DNA of 60,021 bases, filler included. It is 9 parts of 9 records of this genome, joined end to end, with 100 filler letters (N's around TTAATTAATTAA, not from the genome) between each part and the next. Parts side by side here need not be neighbours in the genome. Positions count along the whole stretch, not along the records: positions 23,008 to 29,706 come from DRR723986_122011; positions 29,807 to 35,474 come from DRR723986_125705; positions 35,575 to 45,095 come from DRR723986_127097; 6 more parts are not named here. One strand, given 5' to 3'. A program made the position numbers and the translations under genes. The notes under the pieces were generated by a model. It ran no database searches. It had not been told where the DNA came from and saw only the letters and a program-made list of their open reading frames with translations. Shown one piece after another: positions 29,619 to 38,635 of this stretch. Position 1 is the stretch's first letter; each line of letters begins with the position of its first letter.

Positions 29619-29705
29619 TTAGAAAGAAGGACAAGAGATTGTTCTAAATCTTTGTGGCTTCTTTTTACAGTTAAAGTTTAATCCCATAGAAAGTTCATGC
29701 GAACC
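29619..29705 (-). CDS. C-terminal fragment of a PorP/SprF family T9SS membrane protein
   Basis: Translated by hand: GSHELSMGLNFNCKKKPQRFRTISCPSF*; GSHE motif and terminal CPxF are typical of the family. Confidence 0.7.
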   Translation of the reverse strand, partial: GSHELSMGLNFNCKKKPQRFRTISCPSF

Positions 29706-29706
29706 A

Positions 29707-29806
29707 NNNNNNNNNNNNNNNNNNNNNNNNNNNNNNNNNNNNNNNNNNNNTTAATTAATTAANNNNNNNNNNNNNNNNNNNNNNNNNNNNNNNNNNNNNN
29801 NNNNNN
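29707..29806. other. Artificial contig linker
   Basis: N44-TTAATTAATTAA-N44. Confidence 0.99.
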
Positions 29807-29877
29807 GTTGTTGGTGTTTGGTTGTTGGTGTTTGGTGTTTGGTGTTTGGTTGTTAGTGTTTGGTTATTGGTTGTTGA
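29807..29877 (+). repeat. Degenerate heptamer tandem repeat (TTGGTGT/TTGGTTG)
   Basis: About ten 7-nt units at contig start, just 3' of the four-helix-bundle gene. Confidence 0.9.
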
Positions 29878-29898
29878 TGCAATAAACATTGGAACCGG

Positions 29899-30267
29899 TT
29901 AACTTGATCTCTGTTTCTTGATCAGGTAATTAATATAGCCATTCAATAATTTAATACAAGTTTCATAATGACCGAGTAATGCGTTAAATTGATTCTCATC
30001 AATATAGCCTTCATCCAAAGCAACAGTAAGATGATCAAGGGTCTCTGTTAATGAGCCTTTTGCAATTCTAGTAAATTGAATGGATTCTTTAGGATGAAAA
30101 CGTCCATAACCTTCCGCAATATTTGCTGTTACCGAGCTAACTGATCTCATTAATTGCGAAGTCAAAATGAATCTTTCATCATCAGGAAATGACTTAGCAA
30201 CCAATCTAACTGAAGACCTGAATTTTCGACATTCTTGCCAAACTTCTAAATTTCTAAAATCTCCCAT
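29899..30267 (-). CDS. Four helix bundle protein (23S rRNA IVS-protein/Avd-like family)
   Basis: FRNLEVWQ, FPDDERFILTSQLMRSVSSVTANIAEGYGR, IAKGSLTET. Confidence 0.95.
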   Translation of the reverse strand: MGDFRNLEVWQECRKFRSSVRLVAKSFPDDERFILTSQLMRSVSSVTANIAEGYGRFHPKESIQFTRIAKGSLTETLDHLTVALDEGYIDENQFNALLGHYETCIKLLNGYINYLIKKQRSS

Positions 30268-30372
30268 TCTTAGTTTAATGTTTAATCCTTTGTTATTTAG
30301 CCCAACGACCAAATCAAATTTTAAAAATTTGAAAACCAAAAGCGAAGCGAACCAATTTCCAAAAAATTATAA

Positions 30373-31080
30373 TTATCCCTCAAAAGTAATGGAAAACCAC
30401 CAAACTCGACTCTTAAGACTTTCTAAAGGTGCAGAATAAAAGGTGTTGTCTTGAATTAAAATGTTGTTAATACCTCTTGACGTTTTTATTTCAAGTCCAA
30501 ATTTAAAATAGGGCAAATAAAAATCGAAACCTCCTCCAACATGATATTGAAATTCATGCTTTTTCAATTTAACGATAGGGTCTTGTAAATTTGGATCTAC
30601 ATCCGCTTGAGAAGCTAAATCAATACTGTATCCTACTCCACCTAGCGCATAAGCCGAAAAATTGTTGATGCGTTTCGTACTTCCTTTTATGAAAAGCGGG
30701 AAATTTAAATTGGTTTGTTCAACACGAGTGGTACTTATTTCTCGGCGACCATTTTTAAAAGAAGTGTATTCAAAAGCTGTTTCATGAAAAGACAAACTCG
30801 GTAAAAATCTAAAATGAAAAGTCTCATGGGTATTGTAGGAGACTAAAGGTATATGAATGGCCATTCCTGGCTGGCTAATGATGTTAATATGTGTGATGGA
30901 GTCATAAGCCAAAGGATTAGGTTTGATACTTACATTGTAGTTGGAGGAATTAACTCCGAGCATTGTCCCAAAATGCCAATTTTTATAATGAAATGAGGGG
31001 ATATTTTTTCCATACCGTTTCATTTGCGAAAAACCGTGCATACTGACAATTATTAAAACTAAAATGATAACTGCTCTCAC
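30373..31080 (-). CDS. porT: PorT family T9SS outer-membrane protein (paralog 2)
   Basis: WHFG, FRFLPSLSF, KRINNF, GFDFYLPYFKFGLEIK, SITFEG; probable GTG start. Confidence 0.8.
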   Translation of the reverse strand: MRAVIILVLIIVSMHGFSQMKRYGKNIPSFHYKNWHFGTMLGVNSSNYNVSIKPNPLAYDSITHINIISQPGMAIHIPLVSYNTHETFHFRFLPSLSFHETAFEYTSFKNGRREISTTRVEQTNLNFPLFIKGSTKRINNFSAYALGGVGYSIDLASQADVDPNLQDPIVKLKKHEFQYHVGGGFDFYLPYFKFGLEIKTSRGINNILIQDNTFYSAPLESLKSRVWWFSITFEG

Positions 31081-31114
31081 GTTTATCAAACGCAGAAAAA
31101 TTAAGCTTATTTTG

Positions 31115-31825
31115 CTAACCTTCAAAAGTGATTGAAAACCACCACACTTTAGATTTTAGTGATGACAGAGGCGCCATAAAGAAAGAATTGTCTTGTATAG
31201 AGACATTTTTAATCCCATTTGATATTTTCAACTCAAAACCTAGTTTAAAGTAAGGCAACCAAAAATCAAAACCGCCTCCTACTTGATACTGAAAATCGTG
31301 CTGCTGAATTTTCACTATCGGGTCTCCCAAAGATTGGTCAACGTCTTTCTGTGTCGCTAAATCCAGACTGTATTGAAAACCTCCAATTGCGTAGGCCGCA
31401 AAATTATTAATTCGTTTTGAACGCAATTTCATCAACAAAGGAAAATCTAAATAAGTTGATTCTAATCTGTTATCTCTTGATTTTAGCTCTCCCTTATCGT
31501 AATAACCGTACGTAAACAACCGCTCTTGAAATGAAAGAGAAGGAATGAATCTCAAGTGAAAAATTTCATGAATATCCCATGAACCGATAATTCCTAGATT
31601 AAAACCCGGTTGCTTTCTTATATCGATATAAGCGATAGAATCTGCAAAGGCAGTATCTGCATTAATTTCGTATCTAAAATCACTGGTATTTGCACCTAAG
31701 GCGAACCCAAAATGCAGGTGTTTATAATCGAAGCTAGGGTAGTTTTTTCCATAACGTTTCTGCTGTCCATAAACGATTACAGAACTCATCAGAACAATAC
31801 TCAATATGATTTGTCTAGCTGTCAT
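31115..31825 (-). CDS. porT: PorT family T9SS outer-membrane protein (paralog 1)
   Basis: LHFGFALGAN, PGFNLGII, LRFIPSLSF, ESTYLDFPLLMK, SITFEG; downstream of ubiE as is usual in Bacteroidota. Confidence 0.87.
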   Translation of the reverse strand: MTARQIILSIVLMSSVIVYGQQKRYGKNYPSFDYKHLHFGFALGANTSDFRYEINADTAFADSIAYIDIRKQPGFNLGIIGSWDIHEIFHLRFIPSLSFQERLFTYGYYDKGELKSRDNRLESTYLDFPLLMKLRSKRINNFAAYAIGGFQYSLDLATQKDVDQSLGDPIVKIQQHDFQYQVGGGFDFWLPYFKLGFELKISNGIKNVSIQDNSFFMAPLSSLKSKVWWFSITFEG

Positions 31826-31898
31826 ATAATAAACCAGGAGGTTTTACTATCTGTTTAAACTCCTAGTATAAACGGATTTTAACACCCTAAGTTACTAT

Positions 31899-32627
31899 TT
31901 ATTTTTCCCCGTGATAAATGGTCGCAATTCCGCCGGAAACAGTTTTTGCTTTTATGTTTTTATATCCCACCTTTTCCATGATACTAATAAAATCTTGGCC
32001 TTCAGGAAAAGCAGCAACTGACTCAGGTAAATAGCTGTACGCCGCCGAGTCTTTAGAGATAGACTTACCAACTTTAGGTATGATGTATTTGGAATAAAAG
32101 TTAAACGACTGCTTAACAGGAAATTTTTTCGGTTTAGAAAACTCCAAGATAATTCCAGGAGCCCCAGGTTTAAGAACTCTCAGCATTTCACTCAAGCCCT
32201 TTTCTAGATTTTCAAAATTTCTAACGCCAAAGCCAACAGTAAAACCGTCAAAATAATCATTTTCAAATGGTAAATTTTCTGAATCACCTTGAATCATTTC
32301 AATGGTATTATCAAGTCCCTTCTTCTTCATTTTCTTTCTACCAACTTCAAGCATCCCTTCAGATAGGTCAAGTCCAACAATTTTAGTTGGTTTGGTTTTC
32401 ATTGCAGAAATGGCAAAATCCCCTGTACCCGTTGCGATATCCAAAATAATTTTAGGATTGTATTTTTTTAAAATCTTAACTGCTTTCTTCCTCCAGATTT
32501 TATCTATCCCCATTGATAAGAAATGATTTAAAAAATCATATCTCTTTGAAATATTATCGAACATTTCAGCAACCTCTTCTTTTTTAGACGAAGTTTCTTT
32601 ATTGTATGGTTTTACTTTGGTTCCCAA
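31899..32627 (-). CDS. ubiE: Demethylmenaquinone methyltransferase UbiE/MenG
   Basis: [45 protein letters not shown]. Confidence 0.96.
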   Translation of the reverse strand: MGTKVKPYNKETSSKKEEVAEMFDNISKRYDFLNHFLSMGIDKIWRKKAVKILKKYNPKIILDIATGTGDFAISAMKTKPTKIVGLDLSEGMLEVGRKKMKKKGLDNTIEMIQGDSENLPFENDYFDGFTVGFGVRNFENLEKGLSEMLRVLKPGAPGIILEFSKPKKFPVKQSFNFYSKYIIPKVGKSISKDSAAYSYLPESVAAFPEGQDFISIMEKVGYKNIKAKTVSGGIATIYHGEK

Positions 32628-33622
32628 TTCGTTTGTTTTAAGATGTTTGTTGCCTCTTTAAGCAATCTTTCTTTATCAACAGATACAACCCCAACATGTT
32701 CGCAAACTAATCCTCCTGCTAAGTTGGCAACTGTAGCCAATTCTTTGGCTGACATGCCTACTAGCAAACAAAGCGTAGCAACACTAATTACTGTATCACC
32801 GGCACCTGAGACATCTGTAATATTCCTATCAAAAGCTGGAACAAAATGATTTTCATTATTATCATCTATAAAAACCCCATGCTCTGAAAGTGTTATGAAG
32901 GTTTTTGCTGGTGCTAATTTTTGCTTCAATACGTCAACCGCCTCTAGAAAAGTACTTTTCTTACCCATGTCAACAGTAACTGCCGTACCTTCAGTTAGTT
33001 CTTTCAAATTTGGCTTGAACAACGAAACGTTTTTGTAACAAAAGAAATTGTCTTTCTTAGGATCTACAGTTGTTAATATGCCATTTTCGTTTGCAAACTG
33101 GATTGTTTTTTCAATCAGACCTTCTGTCAGCACACCTTTATTATAATCTTGGAAGATTATAGCCTCTGCTCCTTCTTTCAAACAGAAGTCCTTAATTTTT
33201 TCTAATAAAGCAAATTCAGCAGAACTGGAAATTGGTTCAATTTTTTCATGATCAATTCTAATGAGCTGCTCATCATTTCCAATAACCCTAGTCTTAACGG
33301 TTGTAATTCGCTCATCAAATGGAATTATTCCTGCATCTTTTAATTGCGCCTCATTGATCAATTTCATGAACAAATCGGCATGATTATCTTTTCCAATAAC
33401 CGTACAAATAATTGGATCTGCTCCTAATGCTTTTAAATTCAAGGCTACATTTGCTGCACCACCTAATCTACTCGTTTTCTTTTCAAAATCAACAACAGGA
33501 ACTGGAGCTTCAGGAGACATTCTTTCAACCTTTCCTTCGATATAGGTGTCTATCATCACATCTCCAAGAACAATTACTTTTTTCCCTTCGAATGAACTAA
33601 ATATTTGCTCAGCTTTCGTCAT
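32612..33622 (-). CDS. rfaE1: D-glycero-beta-D-manno-heptose-7-phosphate kinase (HldE/RfaE domain I)
   Basis: [38 protein letters not shown]. Confidence 0.92.
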   Translation of the reverse strand: MTKAEQIFSSFEGKKVIVLGDVMIDTYIEGKVERMSPEAPVPVVDFEKKTSRLGGAANVALNLKALGADPIICTVIGKDNHADLFMKLINEAQLKDAGIIPFDERITTVKTRVIGNDEQLIRIDHEKIEPISSSAEFALLEKIKDFCLKEGAEAIIFQDYNKGVLTEGLIEKTIQFANENGILTTVDPKKDNFFCYKNVSLFKPNLKELTEGTAVTVDMGKKSTFLEAVDVLKQKLAPAKTFITLSEHGVFIDDNNENHFVPAFDRNITDVSGAGDTVISVATLCLLVGMSAKELATVANLAGGLVCEHVGVVSVDKERLLKEATNILKQTNWEPK

Positions 33623-34815
33623 TAAGCCAACTTTTCAAGGGCTAACTTGATTCTTTCAATTGCTTGAGTTAATACATCTTCTGATGCTGCGTAAGATAAT
33701 CTAATGCAGTTAGGAGCACCGAATGCTTCACCTGTAACCAACGCTACCAAAGCTTCATCTATAAGGTAAAGTGATAGATCAGTTGCTGAATTTATCTTAT
33801 GATTTTTATATGATTTACCAAAGAAATAGGTAATGTCTGGAAAGACGTAAAAGGCTCCTTCAGGCACATTTAACTTTACTCCTTCGATCTCACCTAATTT
33901 ATCTAAAACAAGATCACGTCTTTTATGAAAAGCGTCTACCATGAATTTTATTTCAGATGGATCTGCCTCAACAGCAGCTTTCGCTGCTCGCTGACTAATT
34001 GAACTTGTTCCTGACGTAAATTGCCCTTGAATTTTTGAGCATGCCTTTGCAATTTCAAGAGGAGCACCGATATATCCAATTCTCCAGCCGGTCATGGCAA
34101 AAGCTTTCGAAACACCATTAACAGTCACGGTTTGGTCATATACTTTGTCAAAAGATGCTAAACTGATATTTTTTCCTACAAAATTAATATGCTCATATAT
34201 CTCATCTGAGATTACATAAAAATCAGATTTTGTTGCAATCACATCTGCTAATGCTGATAATTCTTCTTCAGAATAAGCAGACCCAGTGGGATTACATGGA
34301 TTACTGAAAATCATCAATTTTGATTTCTCATTCATTGAAGCTTTCAATTGCTCAGGAGTAATTTTGAAATCATTATCAATTGATGTTTCAATGATCACAG
34401 GCTCTCCACCGAATAACCTAACTTGTTCTACATAAGTCACCCAATATGGAGCTGGAATAATTACCTCATCTCCTGGATTCACCAAAGACATAACTATATT
34501 GATGATACTTTGCTTGGCTCCGGTTGAAACTACAATTTGATCTGCCGTATAAGTGAGACCGTTGTCGCGTTCAAATTTCTTTGCAATTGATTCTCTCAAG
34601 TCTTGATAACCAGGAACCGGCATATATTTCGAAAAATCTTGATCAATTCCTTCTTTCGCAGCCTTTTTGACAAAGTCAGGTGTATTAAAATCTGGTTCTC
34701 CCAAACTTAGAGAAATGATATCCTTACCTGCCGCCTTTAATTCGCGACTTTTTGAAGCCATTGCAATCGTTGCAGATTCGGCTAAATTCTTAACTCTATC
34801 AGATAAATTAGGCAT
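33622..34815 (-). CDS. aspC: PLP-dependent aspartate aminotransferase (class I/II)
   Basis: LSLGEPDF, GAKQ, PCNPTG, DEIY, SKAFAMTGWRIG. Confidence 0.9.
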   Translation of the reverse strand: MPNLSDRVKNLAESATIAMASKSRELKAAGKDIISLSLGEPDFNTPDFVKKAAKEGIDQDFSKYMPVPGYQDLRESIAKKFERDNGLTYTADQIVVSTGAKQSIINIVMSLVNPGDEVIIPAPYWVTYVEQVRLFGGEPVIIETSIDNDFKITPEQLKASMNEKSKLMIFSNPCNPTGSAYSEEELSALADVIATKSDFYVISDEIYEHINFVGKNISLASFDKVYDQTVTVNGVSKAFAMTGWRIGYIGAPLEIAKACSKIQGQFTSGTSSISQRAAKAAVEADPSEIKFMVDAFHKRRDLVLDKLGEIEGVKLNVPEGAFYVFPDITYFFGKSYKNHKINSATDLSLYLIDEALVALVTGEAFGAPNCIRLSYAASEDVLTQAIERIKLALEKLA

Positions 34816-34861
34816 GAAATAATTATTTTATTGCAAAGCTATTAAAAAATGATTCTCTGCA

Positions 34862-35323
34862 TTAAGAAATAAGGTCCAAATCAGTCATTGTCATACCACT
34901 TTTCTGATAAGGATAGGCATTGAAGGTTCCTGTTGCTATGGCAACTTTTTCACCACTGACCTCATTAATTATTTCTCCTTGGGCTATAATGATCCTTTTT
35001 CCAGCTGAGATAATCTTTCCAATTCCAATCAAGACATCCCCTTTTCTTGCCGGTTGTAAATAGTTGATTTTAAATTCAACCGTTGAGACCAAATTCCCGT
35101 GCTCTGAAGAAACGTAGAGTGCCGCAAGCCCTAAGATCCCATCCATATACGCTGACAACACTCCTCCATGTGCAGTAGTTGGTGTAGCCAAATGTTTATC
35201 TGAAATAATGAGCTTATATCTGATTTCATCTTCTTCAAACTTAACTAGGTCGATACCAATTAATTGACCAAATTTATTTGTTTGACTATATATTTTAATG
35301 AGCTGATCGCGAAAATTGTCCAT
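34862..35323 (-). CDS. PaaI family thioesterase
   Basis: HGGVLSAYMD, STVEFKINYL hotdog motifs. Confidence 0.9.
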   Translation of the reverse strand: MDNFRDQLIKIYSQTNKFGQLIGIDLVKFEEDEIRYKLIISDKHLATPTTAHGGVLSAYMDGILGLAALYVSSEHGNLVSTVEFKINYLQPARKGDVLIGIGKIISAGKRIIIAQGEIINEVSGEKVAIATGTFNAYPYQKSGMTMTDLDLIS

Positions 35324-35401
35324 GTGAATTCAAATATGATTCAAAGTTAGAATTTAAGTTCTTTATTCTCTAAATAAGGATTTCTAAATTGTAAAGTTTT
35401 A

Positions 35402-35409
35402 TATATTTG
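35402..35409 (+). promoter_or_regulatory. Bacteroidota -7 promoter element for the tRNA
   Basis: TATATTTG about 30 nt upstream of the tRNA. Confidence 0.55.
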
Positions 35410-35440
35410 TACCATTACCAACAGCAATTAATAATTGTTT

Positions 35441-35474
35441 GCGAGAGTAGCTCAGTTGGTAGAGCGTCAGCCTT
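35441..35474 (+). tRNA. tRNA 5' half, probably tRNA-Gly(TCC), truncated by contig end
   Basis: GCGAGAG-TAGCTCAGTTGGTAGAGC-G-TCAGC-CTT: acceptor 5' strand, D-arm and anticodon stem; the anticodon itself is cut off. Confidence 0.85.
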
Positions 35475-35574
35475 NNNNNNNNNNNNNNNNNNNNNNNNNN
35501 NNNNNNNNNNNNNNNNNNTTAATTAATTAANNNNNNNNNNNNNNNNNNNNNNNNNNNNNNNNNNNNNNNNNNNN
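35475..35574. other. Artificial contig linker
   Basis: N44-TTAATTAATTAA-N44. Confidence 0.99.
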
Positions 35575-35575
35575 A

Positions 35576-36208
35576 GTTGAACATGTTCAACTAATTGAAA
35601 AAGGTCTTATGGGAGCAGTATTTTTCTACCAAGCAACAAACGTATATTTTGGATCTGGCAAAATGGAAGTCGATAACTCAACTGCAGTGGATGCTTCAGC
35701 CGGTAAGTACTACACCACAATGGAACACCATTGGGATGAAGCCTTCGGATATTTTGGAGCCCCTATTGATTTTATTTCGAATACTGACAACCTAAGGTTT
35801 TGGGCTAAATATTCAAACAGCAGAAACGAAGAGTTGAATTGTAATGCGGTAATGATGAACGCCTTTTTAAAAGGAAGAACTGCAATCATTAATAATGATT
35901 ACGATACAAGAGATGAGCAAATTGCCGTTATCTCCGAGATGTGGGAAAAAATATCTGCCGCACAAGCCGTTGCGTATTTACAAGGCGCCAAAGATAATTT
36001 TGGATCTGATAATGCTAAATTCTTGCACGAATTATCAGAGGCTTACGCATTCATTCATTCTTTAAAATATGCTCCTAGTGGCGCAAAAATTACTCCTGCA
36101 CAAGTTGATGCAATCTTATCAACTCACATAGGGGCAGATTTTTGGGCGGTTACAACGATTGACCTAACGAATGCAATCAACGAAATTAATACCATTTACA
36201 ATTTCTAA
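35576..36208 (+). CDS. DUF4856-like protein, 5'-truncated
   Basis: Frame open from contig start; QLIEKGLMGA, YTTMEHHWDEAFGYFG, HELSEAYAF. Confidence 0.8.
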   Translation, partial: VEHVQLIEKGLMGAVFFYQATNVYFGSGKMEVDNSTAVDASAGKYYTTMEHHWDEAFGYFGAPIDFISNTDNLRFWAKYSNSRNEELNCNAVMMNAFLKGRTAIINNDYDTRDEQIAVISEMWEKISAAQAVAYLQGAKDNFGSDNAKFLHELSEAYAFIHSLKYAPSGAKITPAQVDAILSTHIGADFWAVTTIDLTNAINEINTIYNF

Positions 36209-36210
36209 AA

Positions 36211-37278
36211 ATGAAAATTCAGTATTCCATATTAGTTCTATTTCTAGCCCTAATTAGTTGCAAGAAAGATAAAGACAAAGTTGAATTTGATCGAGGGGCT
36301 ATGCTCAGCAACCTTTCTTCCAACGTTATTTTGCCGGCATTGTCTAATACAGAATCTGAATTTAATACTTTACACACTAAAGTCGAGACTTTTACATCAA
36401 ACCCAACAGAGGAGAACCTTTCCTCTGTTCGGTCTGGTTATGTTATGGCTTACAAAGCTTTTCAAACTTGCAAAATGTTTGACTTTGGACCTATGGCTGA
36501 TTATGGTATCACTGCGGCTACCAATACTTATCCAACCGACACGAGTAAAATTTTATCCAATATAAACTCTGGAACTTATAACCTTTCATCAGCAGAGAAT
36601 ATCACAGCCATAGGTTTACCAGCAATAGATTATTTGCTTTATAAAGCTTCATCAACTGAAATCATTCAAGACTTCACAAGTCATTCTTTGGCAAGTAATA
36701 GACAGGATTATTTATTAGATCTTTCTTTGAAGATGAAAACGGAATTCTCGACAATGACAGATCAATGGCAAAATTACTTGAACACTTTTAATGCTGCTGA
36801 CGGAAACGATATTGGAGGTTCCACGAGCATTTTATTCAACGCTTTTGTGATGGACATTGAATTATTGAAAAATGCCAAAGTTGGAATTCCGGCAGGTTTC
36901 CAAACCAGCGGTCAAACGCTTCCAACTTATGTTGAAGGATATTATTCTGGAATCTCTATCGATCTTGCCATTGAAAACTGCAATGCACTTCAAAACCTAT
37001 TCAACGGAGCAAACGGAATTTCATTTGATGATTACATTCGAGACGTTGAATCAGAAGACATTGAAGTTTCCCTATCTGATAACATTAACAATCAGTTTGA
37101 AACAATCAAAACCAAATTAACTGCCATTCAAAACCCACTATCAGATAAAGTCAATTCAAATCCTAATGCTGTAAGTGCAGCTTGGAACGAAATTAAAAAA
37201 CTGGTCACCTACGTTAAAACAGACATGTCCTCAATATTAGGACTGCTGATAACGTTCCAAGACAATGATGGAGATTAA
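36211..37278 (+). CDS. Imelysin (M75-like) family lipoprotein
   Basis: Lipobox LISC; GLPAIDYLL, KNAKVGIPAG, C-terminal DNDGD. Confidence 0.88.
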   Translation: MKIQYSILVLFLALISCKKDKDKVEFDRGAMLSNLSSNVILPALSNTESEFNTLHTKVETFTSNPTEENLSSVRSGYVMAYKAFQTCKMFDFGPMADYGITAATNTYPTDTSKILSNINSGTYNLSSAENITAIGLPAIDYLLYKASSTEIIQDFTSHSLASNRQDYLLDLSLKMKTEFSTMTDQWQNYLNTFNAADGNDIGGSTSILFNAFVMDIELLKNAKVGIPAGFQTSGQTLPTYVEGYYSGISIDLAIENCNALQNLFNGANGISFDDYIRDVESEDIEVSLSDNINNQFETIKTKLTAIQNPLSDKVNSNPNAVSAAWNEIKKLVTYVKTDMSSILGLLITFQDNDGD

Positions 37279-38635
37279 TCTCAATAGATTATCAAACACT
37301 TTATTCTCTCAACTGAGTGCTGCACCTATTGCTGTTTATAGAATAGGTTTTGGACTTCTCATGTTCATTTCTACCATTCGTTTCATTAGTAACGGTTGGG
37401 TAGAAAGTCAGTATTTAACTCCTACCTTTCACTTTAGATTTGAATTATTTGAACGGTTACCATACCCTTCTGAAATCGGTATTTGGTGTCTTTTTATCGC
37501 AATGCTCATTTCGGCCCTACTTATTACAGTTGGTTTATTTTATCGTTTTGCAACAATTCTTTTTTTTCTGTCTTTTACCTATGTTGAAATTCTCGACAAA
37601 ACCAATTATCTGAACCATTACTATTTCGTAAGCCTAGTTGCTTTTTTGCTCATTTTAATTCCTGCAAATCGATACTTTTCTTTAGACGCAAGGTTGGGAA
37701 TAACAAAACCTTCTTCAACATGCTCTTTATGGGAGATTAGAATCCTTCAATTTCAAATAGCTATCGTTTACTTTTACGCTGGCTTGGCAAAGTTAAACTA
37801 TGATTGGTTAATCCAAGCTCAACCTTTAAAATACTGGTTACATACAGCCAATCATTGGGCAATTTGGGGAGATTTATTAAAACAAAATTGGGTTGCTTAT
37901 CTATTCAGTTGGTTTGGTGCTTTCTATGACCTGTTTATTGTCATTTTCTTATTAATTCCTAAAACCAGACTCTTTGCTTATTTTTTCGTAATAGTATTTC
38001 ATATAGTTACTTGGATCTTATTTCCAATCGGTGTGTTTCCCTGGGTCATGATTGTGGCCACCCTCATTTTTTTTAATCCTTCTTTTCATGAAAAAATCCT
38101 TAATACGATTAGATCGATTTTTTTCCTTAAATCAATAAAAACAGAAGAAAGAGCTGGCAAAAAGAATAAATTAATCTTGCCTCTATTGGCATGTTACATG
38201 AGTTTTCAAATTCTTTTTCCCTTGAGATTTTTAATTTATGAAGGTCCAATATTCTGGACCGAAAGTGGATATAGGTTCAGTTGGAGAGTGATGCTCATGG
38301 AAAAAACTGGGTACGCAACTTTCTATATAATTGAGAATAATGTCGAGTTTGAAGTAAATAATGCAGACTTCTTAACTCCTAATCAAGAAAAGATGATGAG
38401 CACGCAGCCAGACATGATTCTACAGTATACACATTTTCTATCAAAAACCTTTAGCGATAGCTCATTCGCAAAATTTGGACATCAATTCCAATTTAATCAA
38501 CCAGAAGTGCACGCAGAAGTTTTTGTTACATTAAATTCGCGCCCGCATCAGCTATATGTGAATAAAAATCTTGATTTGACAACTATAAAATTATCAGATA
38601 AAAGAAATTGGCTTGAACCGTTTAAAGATGAATAA
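37265..38635 (+). CDS. HTTM domain / vitamin K-dependent gamma-carboxylase-like membrane protein
   Basis: YRIGFG, YLNHYY, VYFYAGLAKL..DW, FH....F.IGVFP, GYRFSWRVMLMEK, QPDMILQY. Confidence 0.9.
   Translation: MMEINLNRLSNTLFSQLSAAPIAVYRIGFGLLMFISTIRFISNGWVESQYLTPTFHFRFELFERLPYPSEIGIWCLFIAMLISALLITVGLFYRFATILFFLSFTYVEILDKTNYLNHYYFVSLVAFLLILIPANRYFSLDARLGITKPSSTCSLWEIRILQFQIAIVYFYAGLAKLNYDWLIQAQPLKYWLHTANHWAIWGDLLKQNWVAYLFSWFGAFYDLFIVIFLLIPKTRLFAYFFVIVFHIVTWILFPIGVFPWVMIVATLIFFNPSFHEKILNTIRSIFFLKSIKTEERAGKKNKLILPLLACYMSFQILFPLRFLIYEGPIFWTESGYRFSWRVMLMEKTGYATFYIIENNVEFEVNNADFLTPNQEKMMSTQPDMILQYTHFLSKTFSDSSFAKFGHQFQFNQPEVHAEVFVTLNSRPHQLYVNKNLDLTTIKLSDKRNWLEPFKDE

Noticed and set aside
29899-30267. 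Avd-like gene as evidence of a diversity-generating retroelement
   Set aside because: No reverse transcriptase and no TR/VR pair with adenine-specific mismatches on this contig or elsewhere in the window
35441-35474. Truncated tRNA as an integration scar
   Set aside because: It is the 5' half with its own promoter and is cut exactly at the contig edge, so an assembly break is the simpler explanation
31899-38635. Functional linkage of ubiE/menG (menaquinone) to the HTTM carboxylase-like gene by proximity
   Set aside because: They are separated by an artificial linker, so the proximity is not biological evidence
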